Shown here piece by piece: positions 38,439 to 51,183 of a stretch of 62,682 bases of DNA. Within the stretch, counting starts at the first letter, position 1. The number at the start of each line of letters is the position of its first letter. The DNA is taken from NCBI GenBank assembly GCA_024137785.1, contig JAHRHZ010000102.1:62001-124682 (forward strand), written 5' to 3'. The stretch comes from Ginglymostoma cirratum (lineage: Eukaryota). Position numbers and translations under genes: made by a program. Under the pieces are notes generated by a model. It had not been told where the DNA came from, ran no database searches, and saw nothing but the letters and a program-made list of their open reading frames with translations.

Positions 38439-40284
38439 GCAGCTGCTGCAGTCTGACAGTACAGAAAGTTATCTTTGGCAAATTATCTTTATGTCTTTCA
38501 TCAAGTGTCTGTTTTTCCCACGGCATGGAAGGGTCACCTGACCCAAACTCTGATTTTTCTTCACAGGTGCTGCCAGACCTGCTGAGCTTTCCAGCTTTTT
38601 GTATCTGTTTGTCCACGCTTTCCACTACCTAGCTCCTACCTTTTTGTGATATGGCGCTTCAAATGGTTATCTAAACATTCCTAAAATGATCTGATGATTC
38701 TTAGCTTAACCATATACCCAGGCAGTGGATTCCAGAAACCCAGACGTCTCTGGGGGAGAAACACATCTTCCTGAAGTTTCTTCTCAGTCATCCGTCCCTT
38801 GCTTTTAAACGATATTGATGGTCATTCGTCCTTTTCAATTAGATGAAGCTTATTACAATCTCCTACCTCTATCCCTTTATAATTTTGTGCACGTTAATAA
38901 GTTCCCCTCAAACTTTCTATGTTCTCAGAAAAATAACTTCAGCCGAGATCGTCTATCTCCACAGAGGAAATAGTTCAGCTTCGGTCATAACCTGGTCAAT
39001 TTGCTCAGTACGCCCTCGAGGACAACTGCACCTTTCCTGCAGTCCAGTGATCAGACCGAACAATGTTCTCTGAACAAAAGCAGCAATTTCTGGAGAAATG
39101 CAGCATGACCGGCATCATCTGTGAACACAATTGATTAGTTGTCAAGTGTACCAGAGAATAGTGTAAAGCTTTGTTTACAAGCAGGATAAGCAGATCATTG
39201 TGCGAAAGGATGTACTGATCAGAGGTTGTAAAAAGACTGAGACAGAGACATACAGGTTTCATTGCACAGGGATTGCACTCAGCAACATCAACTTTAGCAA
39301 GATCAGCATTATTTGCTGTCCTGGGTCTGTGAGTGAAGCGTCATCAGTACTTGGATCTGTACGACTGCAGCATCCTTAAATCTGTAACTAGATTTGAAAG
39401 AACATTATTGGTCATTCTTTCAGACTTAGATTTAAGTTTAAAAGTCTAGGACAGTAAGAAGAAATGTTCGGGTTAGATCTGCTCTGGGGATGTCGTAAGA
39501 AGTCGCACGATGTCAGCGCCATCTTGAAAGCAGAGTTAATGCTTCAAGTCCAGCGACTCTTCTTCAGAACTGATAATACTGATGAAAAGGTGGTATAGAA
39601 AATGTGCTCACCTAAACAATGTGACCTGTGTGTGTATGTCTGAATATGAACATTTCTGTGGAACTCTTATTTCAAGTTCATCTTATCTTACAGTCCTTCC
39701 TTAGATGTGGTTGGTGCTTCATTTTCTTCGACTCTTCCTGACTGGAATGTAGCTTTTTCGAGTGTTCTGAAACACCTCGCAAAATATCTACCATTACAAG
39801 TCTACTGCCCCCGATCTTAACCTAATTTTCCAATTCATTTCAGCCAACCCTAACTTCGTACTGTTATCATTTTCCTCAATTTGGTTTTAAGCGCTCATCT
39901 TAGAACTAAATTTCCCTTCCTCAAAGTAAATATAAAACTCGGTCACACTGCGATCAGTGCTAACCATTGGCGTCTTCACTATGAGGTCAATAATGAATCC
40001 TGTGCCATTGCATATTACCAGATATCCTGCTCTCTGGTTGCTTCTGGAAAGTATTGCTCTAATAAACTGCGCCAATAACACCTCAACAACTCACCATTCG
40101 AACTACTTTCGACAATCTGGCGTGGCCAATTTATATCATCATTAGAATCACCAAAGATTATTGCTGTACCATGACTTAAAAGAAAAAGGTGCTTTCAATG
40201 GGGCAGCGGTGGAACGACAAGGGTCCAGAGTCCAACAGTCGGCAACAGCACACACTTTGGTTCAGCAATTGACAACCAAGGCTA

Positions 40285-40356
40285 GAAGGAATCGGGGATT
40301 GAAATCATTATTTCCCGTTTATGAGACCAGTGTCCGTCCACTAGCCACCACATCCT
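40285..40356 (-). pseudogene. tRNA-like relic, possibly Thr(CGT)
   Basis: GGTGGCTAGTGG...CTGGTCTCATAAAC...TTCAATCCCCG. Confidence 0.35.
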
Positions 40357-42485
40357 TGCAGTGCCCAGGTGTTGCTAAACTACTGCATTCTATCAGTTTG
40401 GTACACGCGAGTCAGATTGTTTGAAATATTTCGAACTGTGTGTTCAGACAAATTTAGATGTCATTGTACACGGTGAAGTACAGGCTACCATGCACACACA
40501 AACGACACTGAGAAATGCAGCTTTTAGGTTAATCTTTGCTGTAATCAGATTGTAAAAGCTGAATGTGAAAGTCTTGCTGCAATTGCCTTGGTTGTGATGA
40601 ACACACAAATGCAGGTTGGGGCAGTAATGATCTCCCTCAACCCGGAGAAGGAATTACTTGCCTTCGAGGTCACATCAGGAATGTCCATTCGATTCATCTC
40701 ACGGATGAGAGGACTGTATTCCAGGCTCATACAAGTAATATCAGTTTGTGCTCCATAGAGTTCAGAATAATGAGAGATGAGGGAAATGTCTTAATTAATA
40801 AATTACTCATTCGGTCGAATTCAATACAGGGACGCACCATGTGACGAACGAAGGGGTCACGAATATGAATAAACTACACACAATAAGTAGGGCAGTTATT
40901 CAAGAAAATTTTAGATCTCAGGTCCACGATTAGCTTTGGTTAAGATATTTACTGTACTTAACCAGTCAGTCCTGGAAGTGACTGTAGCCCCACAGTGAGG
41001 TGGTTGATATCACAGTACAACCGTAACGTCTGTAGTGCAGCCTCACTTGGAGCATTGTGTGTAATCCTTATCCGCACTCTTCACCACAAATAAGTAAACA
41101 GATCAGAAAAATCGCAGATGGAGTCTACTGGGATATTAAGTCTTTAGAACGGACGCAGACGGGTTTTATCGGGGTGGTGGAAAAGTTGCAGATTATATTC
41201 ACGAGTTGTTGGGAAATTCGGAAATGCTGTAACTGACGCAGAGAAAATTGGGAAGTAAATAAATGGAGATTTGCCAGATGATGCAAGGTTTGGAGTTTCT
41301 AAATAAGATGAAAATTCCCTCTTTCAATTTGAGAGAGGTCAGAAATTCAACAGTGTCGGTGAATAATAAATGAAACATTGGAGTAGAGTTTCATTCTGTC
41401 AGAGAGGTATTAAAATCTGCGAAAATATTCCAGAAACAAAGGATGTCAGTAATTCCAGTACGTTTTAAAGGACATATGAGCAAGCATACAAGGATTGTAT
41501 TTAACAAGGGGAGAGAGTCTGTAGCCGGGGCTGGGTGGGAGAAATGGTGGGATGGCGAGTTGTGTGGGTGGAGAATCAATTTGACTTTGATTGACTTCAG
41601 ATGTGAAAAAATTACATGAAAGGCTGTTAAAACTGATTATAAAAAAAATTAATAGTTTTGGAAGGTGTGGCATATTATTTGATGTGAAGCATTATAAGTT
41701 GTGAAGCAACTGAGCAGGATTTTAAAAATTAGAGAAAGGAAATTTAGATATCAACAAATTTCGTCAACACGTGCAGTTGAAGAGCATGGACGATAAAAAT
41801 TCTCTGGTTTTGGAACGTGTGGCATATGATTTCCTGTGAAGCTTTAGAAATGGAATAGAGCTCTTTTATTAATTGGTAAGTAACGTTATACCATAATAAT
41901 CAGGAAGTGAACCGTCTCTCAGAGACGGAATTCCTGATTTTATCTTGTTCCTTGAAGATTGTGACCACATTTATCATGATTTTGCGTCCATTTCATCCGT
42001 ATTGATCTCTGCCGAATGGATCCACCAACTAGACTTCACCGTTTTGTATTTTCAAGCCCCTGTTCTTCTCAGCAGCACTTGAATTGAATGAATTCCGATA
42101 AAAGTTGAATGCACCAGTCAAACAGTACAATGAGACAAATCTAATTCCTTTTTTAAAAATTATTGTCATAGATTCTGCCAGTTAGCAACAAATTGAGTAA
42201 TATGAAACAGGCTGAACAACCTTTTCCCCCCCATTTTTCCCAGCGTGCAACCAATGCAGGGTCAGCCATGTGAAAAAGGTTATCGTGCTGAAACATCACA
42301 TTCGGTTTTCTCTCCGCAGATGTTCCCACACGCATTGAATATATGCCGGATATTTGTTAATAATTGAGATATTTCCCACCGAAAAATTCATTTCTCAATC
42401 CACAGAAACTGACACTTTCCAATAAAGTCGAATTTGCTCAGCATAGCCCTTATTCTTAGCATACGATCCGGATGTCAGTAAAAGC

Positions 42486-42579
42486 TAATCCACGTGAAGC
42501 TCGAAATCATAGCTGGTATTTCACAGATCTCTACACTGTCAAATAACTATGACGCACTGACCGATTGTGCCACTGGACG
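42486..42579 (-). tRNA. Intron-containing tRNA-Ile(TAT) pseudogene
   Basis: TCCAGTGGCACAATCGGTCAGTGCG...TTATT[TGACAGTG...]ATACC...TTCGAGCTTCACGTGGA. Confidence 0.8.
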
Positions 42580-43649
42580 CACGTTTTCCACGTTACGTTC
42601 TTTGTTTAGAATGTACATAATGAATTTTCCACGACAGGAATAATTGCCAAATCGCCAACGGAGATGTGGGAATGTCAGAGTGGGACAAACTTTGGAATTC
42701 GGTGACCCAGAGGCTGTGGGAGGGTCAGTCACTGAGTCTGTTCAAGACTGAGATTTCAAAACATCACACGTTTAGGGGATAGTGCAGGAAAATATTGAAA
42801 ATGCATTTTTCAAAAAGAAATGGTGTTTAACATCTGTTACTTCACCAGTTCCCTCACACAAGGAAGTAACCACTGATGCAGATCACCATTTAATCCCAGT
42901 TCCCAGGCCCGGAATCAGCGAAACTCAGTGGCCCAGCCACAAAGATACAACCGGAAATGGGAACGGCAACGAGCGTTTGGAGTAGCTTTGATTGACATGG
43001 ACCAAGGATTACTGGGACATCAGGATTTGGGAAAGCAATTTTAATCAAAAGCAAATAGTTTTTCGCAGCACACATGTTTGGGGGTTGAGGGAGGATGTGT
43101 TCATGAAAATGTCTCAATTATAAAGAAAAATGCTGCAAATATTCAACCTGTAAAGAGAGATATCTGTGCTGGGAGAAATTGAGGTAACGTTTTCGTTCTC
43201 TGAACTTTCTCATATGGTTGTCTCTGCACTGGGTTAAATTGCAGGAAGGGCTTTTTCGCTCGTTTCATATTTTTAAATAATCTGCAAACACGCAAAGGCC
43301 ATTAAAGAAATCTAAACTTGCGAAAAGTAACGCGAATATACGATGTCATAATTTGGCTTGAGTTTTCATCACGTTATGCAGTGAAAACAGGAAAGTCGAG
43401 TTGAGATTTATTAGAACAGTTTGGATCCCACTGAATAACTAAGCGAACTGTATACAGTGAATGGCAGCTCCCTGAGGACAAATGTGTTTTCTTTGCCAGT
43501 GAAACTCGCTGCATCACAAAGTCGGGGCCATTGAACTGAAGCAATGACAGTGATGAACTTTGCTGGCTGTTCATGTTGTGAATGTTACTGTTGCTACTCA
43601 TGTCCGCGTTAACATCATAACTGCAGTGTGTAAAACCGCTGTATGGTCA

Positions 43650-43722
43650 GGGCCAGTGGCGCAATGGACAACACACCTGCCTACCAGTCAGGAGATTGTA
43701 GGTTTCACTCCAACCTGGCTCG
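43650..43722 (+). tRNA. tRNA-Arg(ACG)-derived pseudogene
   Basis: 73 nt GGGCCAGTGGCGCAATGGACAAC...TCAGGAGATTGTAGGTTTCACTCCAACCTGGCTCG; 5' flank 43455-43650 is an inverted paralog of 23085-23300. Confidence 0.85.
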
Positions 43723-44390
43723 AGCGCGGTCTGTAGAATTAGTGCACCGCCCAATGAAATTTTCTCACTGCTCTGAAGCAAAATCCCCTAATGTGGAGAT
43801 GCCGGTGTTGAACTGAAACCTCCAAAGTTAGAAATCACACACCGGTTTCTAGTCCAACTTTCGGAGTCTCACTTCTTCATCAGGTGTTAGTGAGAGAGGT
43901 GTCAGACACAGAATTTATAACTAAAAGATCCAAGATGGGCGAGTTCAGTGACATAGCCTGCTACTTGTCCTTGTCCCTGTCGCTGTCCCATTCTGAATGG
44001 AGCAGAGGTGGGTCATTGATGGTGCTGCTTCATTCCAATATTGTCACAGAATTCTAGTAGGTGAAATACAGGCATGTGGTCAGTATAATTGTTTGATCTG
44101 AAACCGCTGAGGCTGTGTACCTGGGAGGTCTCGAGCAACAGCTCCATCAGCAACTGACCAAGTGAGACACAGAAACTGACGCCAACATGGCATTGAAAGT
44201 TCCCAAGCAGAGATCTGAGGAGGCACTGTACAGCCGGAGCTCTCGCTGTTTTTAGTACCAGTTGCCCATTTTCCCACTTTCCTAACCGAAACTGCAAGAG
44301 GCCCGAAGGAACTGCAAACACCAGGAAGAAAAGTAGATGTTAAAAAAATGACCTTGTCCAGCTTTCACTGAGGTGAATCACAAACGGTCC

Positions 44391-44462
44391 TAGTAGCAAT
44401 GAGATTCGAACCCATGACTCATCAGAGAGTGGAACTTAAATCGACCACTCAGCGACCCTTGC
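44391..44462 (-). pseudogene. tRNA-Leu-derived pseudogene with internal deletion
   Basis: GCTGAGTGGTCGATTTAAGTTCCACTCTCT...GGGTTCGAATCTCATTGCTACTA; paralog of 20440-20521. Confidence 0.7.
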
Positions 44463-44786
44463 GCATGACATAAAAACGCCAAAATCGGCATGATTAGTGT
44501 TGACAGTAAATTCGAATACTTGTTGTAGAATATTTATCAATCTGATTAGCCTGAAGAAACGTCGAGCCTCTCGTTTTTTTAAAAAAAGATCTTCCCATGA
44601 ATGTGAGCACTTCAGCATTTATTACAACTTCCCAGTCGCCTCTGAGAAGATGGTGGGGAGCGGTTTGTTGCAAATGGATCAATCTGACCAACTGGCCCAA
44701 TACTGACTGAAGAAGCTGTTCAGTCAACATTTCAATTCTCCTCCAATTGATACCCACAAACAGACACTCAGATAGCTGCAATGCAA

Positions 44787-44942
44787 GTGGCGCGATGGCT
44801 CAGTGATTAGCACTGTTACGTTACAACAGCATGAACCTGTGTTTGATTCCACCTGCAAGTGACCTCCTGTGCAAAGTTTGCAAGTTCTCCTGGGTCTGCT
44901 TGGGTGTGTTTCAGTTTTCCCCCACATTCCAAAGATATGCAA
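44787..44942 (+). mobile_element. HE1-like V-SINE, 3'-truncated
   Basis: tRNA-like head TGGCTCAGTGATTAGCACTG followed by V-domain-like AGTTTGCAAGTTCTCC...CCCACATTCCAAAGATATGC. Confidence 0.8.
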
Positions 44943-46136
44943 ACAACACGTAGCCTTGGCGTGTTCTGCAACGTATCTTTTACGCATTTGCTTTCCATGC
45001 CGAGGCGTCCTGGTTCAATGCCTCGTGGAAGCCTGATTTGCTGGTGTCATAGTGCACCAAGGATTCCTGATTCACCCTCTCTTTCAAATGTATCTGAAAT
45101 TAGTCTCTGAAAGGTCTAATTCTGATGTTGTCTGCCATGTCTCAATGTGTGTGAATCAAAACTAGAAGTCCTCAATCATGTTTTGGAGTCGAGAAACATG
45201 TTGGCATTTCTGAGCACATGAGCATCTCATTCAGTCAACAACGAGAATGAATGGATTTACCAACTCTGATGAACCTCATGATTCACGCTCTGACACAGTC
45301 ACTAATAGTAAGGTGTGCTCTAAAATCTAAGCCATGTTGCAATTCAAACTGAGGTAAAGACGGTCAGACTGCCCAATAACATGGTATCCACTTTTGAGAC
45401 AACACAAAAAAGGCTGTGTTTCCATTGTGCAGTGGTTGGCTCATGCGGAAAGCCCCCAGCATGATCTCAGAAAAATCAGGCTATGCTGCTGCTTCATGTT
45501 CCAGGCAGGATGCGTTGTTCACCATTTTCATTGAAAGAGAATGAAGATCACTTTCCCACTGCTGCTGTGAAATCAAATCCTGCATTAATTCTAATCGCAG
45601 TTATTTGCTGTGGTGGAGTAAAGGAGGGTAACTGCGATGTGAAATGTTGTTACATTTCTCTCATTTCCTTCATTTCTGTCCTCTAGAAGGGAACTGATGA
45701 TCCGCCTTTTCGATCCGCTGCAATCATTGCCGTGCAGGCACACCCACATTGTTGATCAGAAGGGAAACCCAGCCTCTTTGAGACTGTGATTGCTATTCAT
45801 CCATTTTCTTGGGTCATTCCTATCCTGTTCTTTTTTCCCTTATTAGAGCATTTTCTGGAAAGTGGCGTTGGAAAAAACTCCCAGGATAATTGAAAGCCAG
45901 TTTAGAATTGCCCCGCTGCCACTTGTTACACAAACAAGCAGAGGTGTCTCACAGAGAGCATTCATGCTTTGGTGTGTCTTCAATTGCGTTCGCCTGGTCA
46001 TTTTTGCTTCCGTTGCGCGTTAAGACCTGTCTGTTTTAGGCTTCACTCGATTCGTGAGGAGCTGACACGGTTATCTTCTTGCAGCCAAAAGACCTTCCTG
46101 TCAGCGGTCATTGGGGTTAACAGTGAAGCTACCCTT

Positions 46137-46214
46137 CATCCCGCGGGGGGGGGCTAGAACCGCTAACTTTTCAGTTAACAACCAAAATGCACTAACCGAT
46201 TGTGCCACAGAAAC
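46137..46214 (-). tRNA. tRNA-Asn(GTT) pseudogene
   Basis: GTTTCTGTGGCACAATCGGTTAGTGCATTTTGGTTGTTAACTGAAAAGTTAGCGGTTCTAGCCC. Confidence 0.85.
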
Positions 46215-46931
46215 AGGCTCAAGAAAGCATGCCAAACAAACAATGAAATCGGGGATCAGCAACTGTCGCGTCGCCCGCATGGACAGCGCGAAAAGAGAAA
46301 CTTCGGGATCCTCGTGCATGCCGGCCAGATATCCTAAATTAATTTAGTTCCATTTGCCAGTATTTGGTCCTTATCTCTCCAAACCCTTCCAATTCATTTA
46401 CGCATCAAGATGCCTTTAAAGTGTTGTCATTTCACCAGCCTCCACAACTTCCTCCGTCAGTTCATTCCATACACGCACCACCTTCTGCGTGAAAAATGCC
46501 GCTCAGCTCTCATTTCATTTTCCCCCTCACACCTTACATATATGCCCTGTAGTTTTGGACACCCCCACCGGTGAAGGAAGATCTTGAAAATTCATTCTGT
46601 TCATATCCCTCATGACTTTATATACTTCGATAAGTTCTCATCCTTCGACGTTGCAGGGAAATTTCGCCCTGCAGTCCAAGCCGCACTACCCTGGCAAGAA
46701 CGTGATTGACAGATTTGTACAGGCTGGAAACATCCTCGGATCAAGGAACACTGTAGGAAAATGCTGAAAATGCGTATTGCAGTAATCAATTCAGTTTAGC
46801 ACTCTGTCGTTCAGCAATTTCCTCAAAAAAGTCAGGAACCACTTGTGAAGGGAATCATCTTATCCCAGTTCACAGCTGATTTGCCAACCGATGAGGGATA
46901 CTCAGAATTATGGAACCTTTCAAGAAACGTG

Positions 46932-47025
46932 GCTCCAGTGACATTGTCGCTTAGCTGACTGTGCCTGTCAGAGAATAGAGGTGTGTTCAATACCGAGGTG
47001 GTGAGTTCAAGCCTTTGCTGGCGCA
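46932..47025 (+). tRNA. Intron-containing tRNA-Ile(TAT)-derived pseudogene (arm paralog of 16173-16268)
   Basis: GCTCCAGTG...ATACCGAGGTGGTGAGTTCAAGCCT...TGGCGCA followed by a T run. Confidence 0.75.
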
Positions 47026-47774
47026 GTTTTAATTTGTCGTGGGATAAGACCCTAAGGATCAACAACAATTTTGAACAATGTTTATGGGAATTTGCCAGTT
47101 TCTGAGGTTTTGGAAATGACTCAACGATCGACAAACTTCTTGGAAATGTTCGAAATCTCAAAAAATATTTGCGGAGAGAGCAAAAAGACGATCTTTTTTC
47201 AGCTCACAAACGTTTCTCATGTGGTTATTGAAAATTGAATTAAGTTGCGGGAAAAAGTTGTTTAACCGGCTTCAATTCATTCGTTTTGCTGCAAACTCCA
47301 CAGGTCATTCAAACATTCAAAAAGGAATTAGAATTATCTCATTGAAATGTGAGAATGTTACATTCAACTATGGTCAGAATTTTTATCAGTTTAAAGTAAA
47401 GAGCTGCTGAAAGGAAGGGAGGGTTCAAAACGGAAAAAAGACAGAGAATTGTTTGTGGATTTCTTGGGTGGAATTGAGACAGTGTGAAATGGATCTAACA
47501 TCATCGGAATGTGGTCGAATCATTAAGGCACCATTTTAAAGCAGGGATTGCGACTCGGAGTGACAGTTTCCTTCCTACTCGAGAGGGTCTAACTTTACTT
47601 TTCAATTGAAAAAAAAATGTTCAGTTTCATTTATAGTTCTTCACGGAGAATGAGGTACGGATCTTATTCACCTGTACGTGTGCAATAAATCTCTTCAGAC
47701 GTGAAGTCAAAGAAATTCGTAACTATTCCCCACCCGTCCACAGACTTTGTCTCACTGTTAAAGTGCCTGCTCAG

Positions 47775-48230
47775 TGACCTACGGGTACAGGTACATTATT
47801 CTTTGAAGTTTGCATCACAAAAAGACAGAGAAGTTAAACAGACTTTTGGCACGCCTGCCTTCATTGCTCAACTGTTTCAGTTTAGGAGTTGGGAAGTGAT
47901 GTTGAGCTTGCACAGGATGTTGGTGAGGCCTTTTCTGGAATACAGTGCGCTGTTCCGGTCGCACAATTACAGAAGGCATACTATTAAGCTGGCGATTGTT
48001 AAGAAGAGGTTTACCAGTATGTTGCCTGGTACGAAAGGTTTGATTTATCAAGAAAGGCTGTATAGACTTGGACTTTTTTTCGCTGGTGCTTAGGAGGTTG
48101 AGAGGCGACCTGTTAGAAGTTCCTAAAATAATGAGACGTGAAGAGAGTAGTCGTCTTTTCCCTCAGATGGGAGATGTCAAGACTAAGTTGCAAGGTGATA
48201 ATTTAAAATAAAACATAGGAGAGGCAAAAC
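47775..48230 (+). mobile_element. CR1 LINE ORF2 C-terminal fragment (arm paralog of 14960-15432)
   Basis: ORF 47701-48093: DLRVQVHYSLK...LVRPFLEY...KRFTSMLPG...ERLYRLGLF. Confidence 0.9.
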
Positions 48231-48919
48231 TTTGCAATGACTGTGAATAAAACGATGCCAAGTTCCAGCAGAGAAATGGGAGGCAGAGAAACGGGTGACA
48301 GTGAAGCAGGCATACAAGAACAAATGTTTTTCGTTTGCCAGCGAAATTCACCGCTTCACAAAGTGGAGAACATTGAAATGCAGCAGTGACCGCGATGATT
48401 TTGCTGGATAATCACCTTGCGAAAGGTTTTTCCGCCGGTATCCCTGATTACTTCACAAGTTGACAGGATGAAAGCTGCAGCAAGACTTGTGGAGCCAGTG
48501 GTGTAATTGATACTACGTCTGACTTTGATTTGGAAGATTGAAATGTTATATCTTCCCTCGCTCGAGGGAAGTTGACAGCTTTTCTCCCCTTGCAAATTGA
48601 CAGATGCTTCGGAAGAGGAATGTGTGCCCAGCGCTGTTTTTGTCAGATTCCGAGCAGCTGAAGTGATTGGATCGCTTGGTTTTGGAAATTGAACATTGAA
48701 ATTGAAAGGTAAATGAGTAATATGAATGTGGGGCTACTTCAGCTCCCTGTCTATTTCATATCCCAGCTCATGGCAACGGTACCCATTGTCCGGAGAAACT
48801 GCTTGTGTTCCACATAAAGCTGCCTTTTGTCGGGGAACCTTGTGTGCGGCGGGAGAAGCGGGTAGAACAGTGTGTGTATAATATCACAAAGATTGACACT
48901 GAGCCACACATTAAACGGT

Positions 48920-49710
48920 AAAGTTGAGGTGGTTAACTTGCTCACCCAGCTGGCTTGTTTTCGTTCAGTAGTTTCGTCACCATGCAAGGTAACATCATGA
49001 GTGAGACTTCCGATGAAGCGATGTTGTTCTACTCCACATGGAATTTACACTGTCCGGTCTGTTGCAGTGAGTTCTGTCATTTCCGGTTCTGTTCTGGATG
49101 GGCTGTGTATGGGGTCCAATTCTACATGTTTGCTGATTGCATAATGGATTGAGAACCATGCGTCGAAGAATTCACATGGATGTCTATATTCGGTTTGGGC
49201 TACGATGGTTTTGTTACTACGGCTTCCATTATCCGAGTGTACTGATATCAGGAAAGGTTGGTCATGTCATTTTGCTGCTAGCTGATGTTCATGTATTCTG
49301 ATGGCGAGTTTCCTTCCCGGCTCTCTGATATAATGTTGGTGGAAGTCGTTGCATGGTATTTTGTAAACTATGTCAGTTCTGCATGTCGTGGGTATGGGGT
49401 CTTTAATCCTTGTGAGTGTATGTCGTCGCATCGCTGTGGGCTTGTGTGCCCCTGTAATTCCTAGTGGTCATAGGACTTGTCAGTTCTGATATGTTCTTGA
49501 TGTACGGCAGTATGGCCAGTGCGTTAGGGCATAATGTGTCCTCTTCGTGTTGCGATTTAGTAGGCCGATGAAATTGCAGGGATATCCGTTCTAAGCGAAG
49601 ATTTTGTATTGGTGTTCTTCCTCTTTCTGCATAGTTCTGGGTCATTGCAATGAGTGGGGGCCCGTTTAAATAGTGTCCGAACACAGCACAGTTTGTGGAC
49701 CACTGACCTG
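48920..49710 (-). mobile_element. Penelope-like retroelement fragment (arm paralog of 13460-14260)
   Basis: LAILPYIKNISELT frame in ORF 49403-49786, GIY-YIG remnants, hammerhead-like tail at 48969-49001. Confidence 0.88.
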
Positions 49711-50340
49711 AGTTAGTTGCCAAATTAAAAGTTTGAGAACCCCTCAAAGCACTGAACCGAGTTGTGATGTGCAAAGGACAACACACAAAGGAGAGTCCTT
49801 GTATGATTGATCCAATGTGATCTGTACACCAGGGTAAACAGTGAAGACTGGTCTTCAGCGCTCACATTGAGCCTGGCTCCACTCGGCCGACAGTCAACTC
49901 TCGCAAACTACCATTGCCCTTCACTTTTCATGACCTCCCCTCTATTCTTGTTTTAAACCGATTGCACGTCAGGCAGTTGCAGCTGACATTGCTGATGTGG
50001 AACTGTAACATGGAGTGAAGCGATTTTGACTGGTCAATGACATAATTCTGCTTCAAAGGTTCAGTCAATATTTCGTATTTATTCCTGTAAATGTTAACCA
50101 TTAACAGGCCATGGCAGTAAAGGCACTGAATCATACTCACTGGACTACCAGGAAAGGTCGGTTTATGTCATTCAGGACACTGTCTGCTGCGGCCTTGCAT
50201 TCTCCCATCCTTCTGCACGTGATGGCCCTCGACTCTGTTTCGGTTTTGTTTTGCCTTGGTTCAGAACACACAAAGTCTCCAATTATCTATTACTTTGTCG
50301 TTTCCAATATATGAGACCGTCATGGACTGTGTTTGTGCCT

Positions 50341-50414
50341 GCCGCCATAGCTCAGTGGTTAGAGCGCTGGTCTTGTTAAACCAAGTGTCGTAAGTTCGAA
50401 TTTCGCTGGGGCTT
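50341..50414 (+). tRNA. tRNA-Thr(TGT)-derived gene, probable pseudogene
   Basis: GCCGCCATAGCTCAGTGGTTAGAGCGCTGGTCTTGTTAAACCAAGTGTCGTAAGTTCGAATTTCGCTGGGGCTT; A and B boxes plausible and TTTT downstream, but 8-nt anticodon loop and two acceptor-stem mismatches. Confidence 0.88.
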
Positions 50415-51111
50415 GTAGCAGCTTTTGTACACCTGGTGTTTCCAAAATCAGAAGGATTCCTTTCAATATTATCTGAAATTTTGACAATATCATTTCCTCC
50501 ACAGGCCAGAATTGTGTTTGAAATTCCACATTCCTGTTTGTTCTTCCACGTACTTGAGGAAGACCCTTCAGAAGGGCAGGAAGCAGCTGAAGTGAGCGAC
50601 GTTTGGCTGGAAGAGCGAGTTGAAGCAAGAAAACTGCAGAGTGGCAGGTGTACAACGAGGGAGGAACACAAACCAGGGGCAGCTGATTCTCGTTTTGAAG
50701 TCTGAAATGGGACAATACAGCTGAGTGATTGAAATTCTGCTTTCTGGGTTGGCTCTCTACTAAAGCCTCTGGCACTCTCGGCGGGAAGTGTCCATGTTTG
50801 TTTCCTTCTGTGGATGAAAATGAGGTTCACTTTCCCGACGGGGCATGAACACAATTTTCCCATCTCAAACTTCCATCTCATTGCTAGTGATGCATGAGGT
50901 TAAAATGTTACAAGGAAAATAACATTGAAATGAGCAGTTGAAACACGAGAGCACAGAAGACTAAAAGGCCAAGTGCTGGAAACTGGGATGATCGGCCTCT
51001 TTCCATGCTGTAAAAAAACTCAATGATGCGATAATTTTGCAGGAGCAACTGACTACCAATGAAATAAAACCCATCAGTTGTGTTATTAAGAAATGACGCA
51101 AGTCTGCTTGT

Positions 51112-51183
51112 TCCCAGGTGGTCTAGTGGTCAGTGAACAGTAGTTTCATCACTATTGCTTCGGCTTCAACCCTGCTCAGGGAA
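51112..51183 (+). tRNA. tRNA-Glu(TTC) pseudogene (arm paralog of 12070-12141)
   Basis: 72 nt TCCCAGGTGGTCTAGTGGTCAG...TTTCATCAC...TCAGGGAA. Confidence 0.8.

Noticed and set aside
50261-50881. Longest ORF in the track (206 aa)
   Set aside because: Runs antisense through a tRNA-Thr copy; the frame is not preserved in paralogs at 12393-12797 and 21832-22185; no domain recognised.
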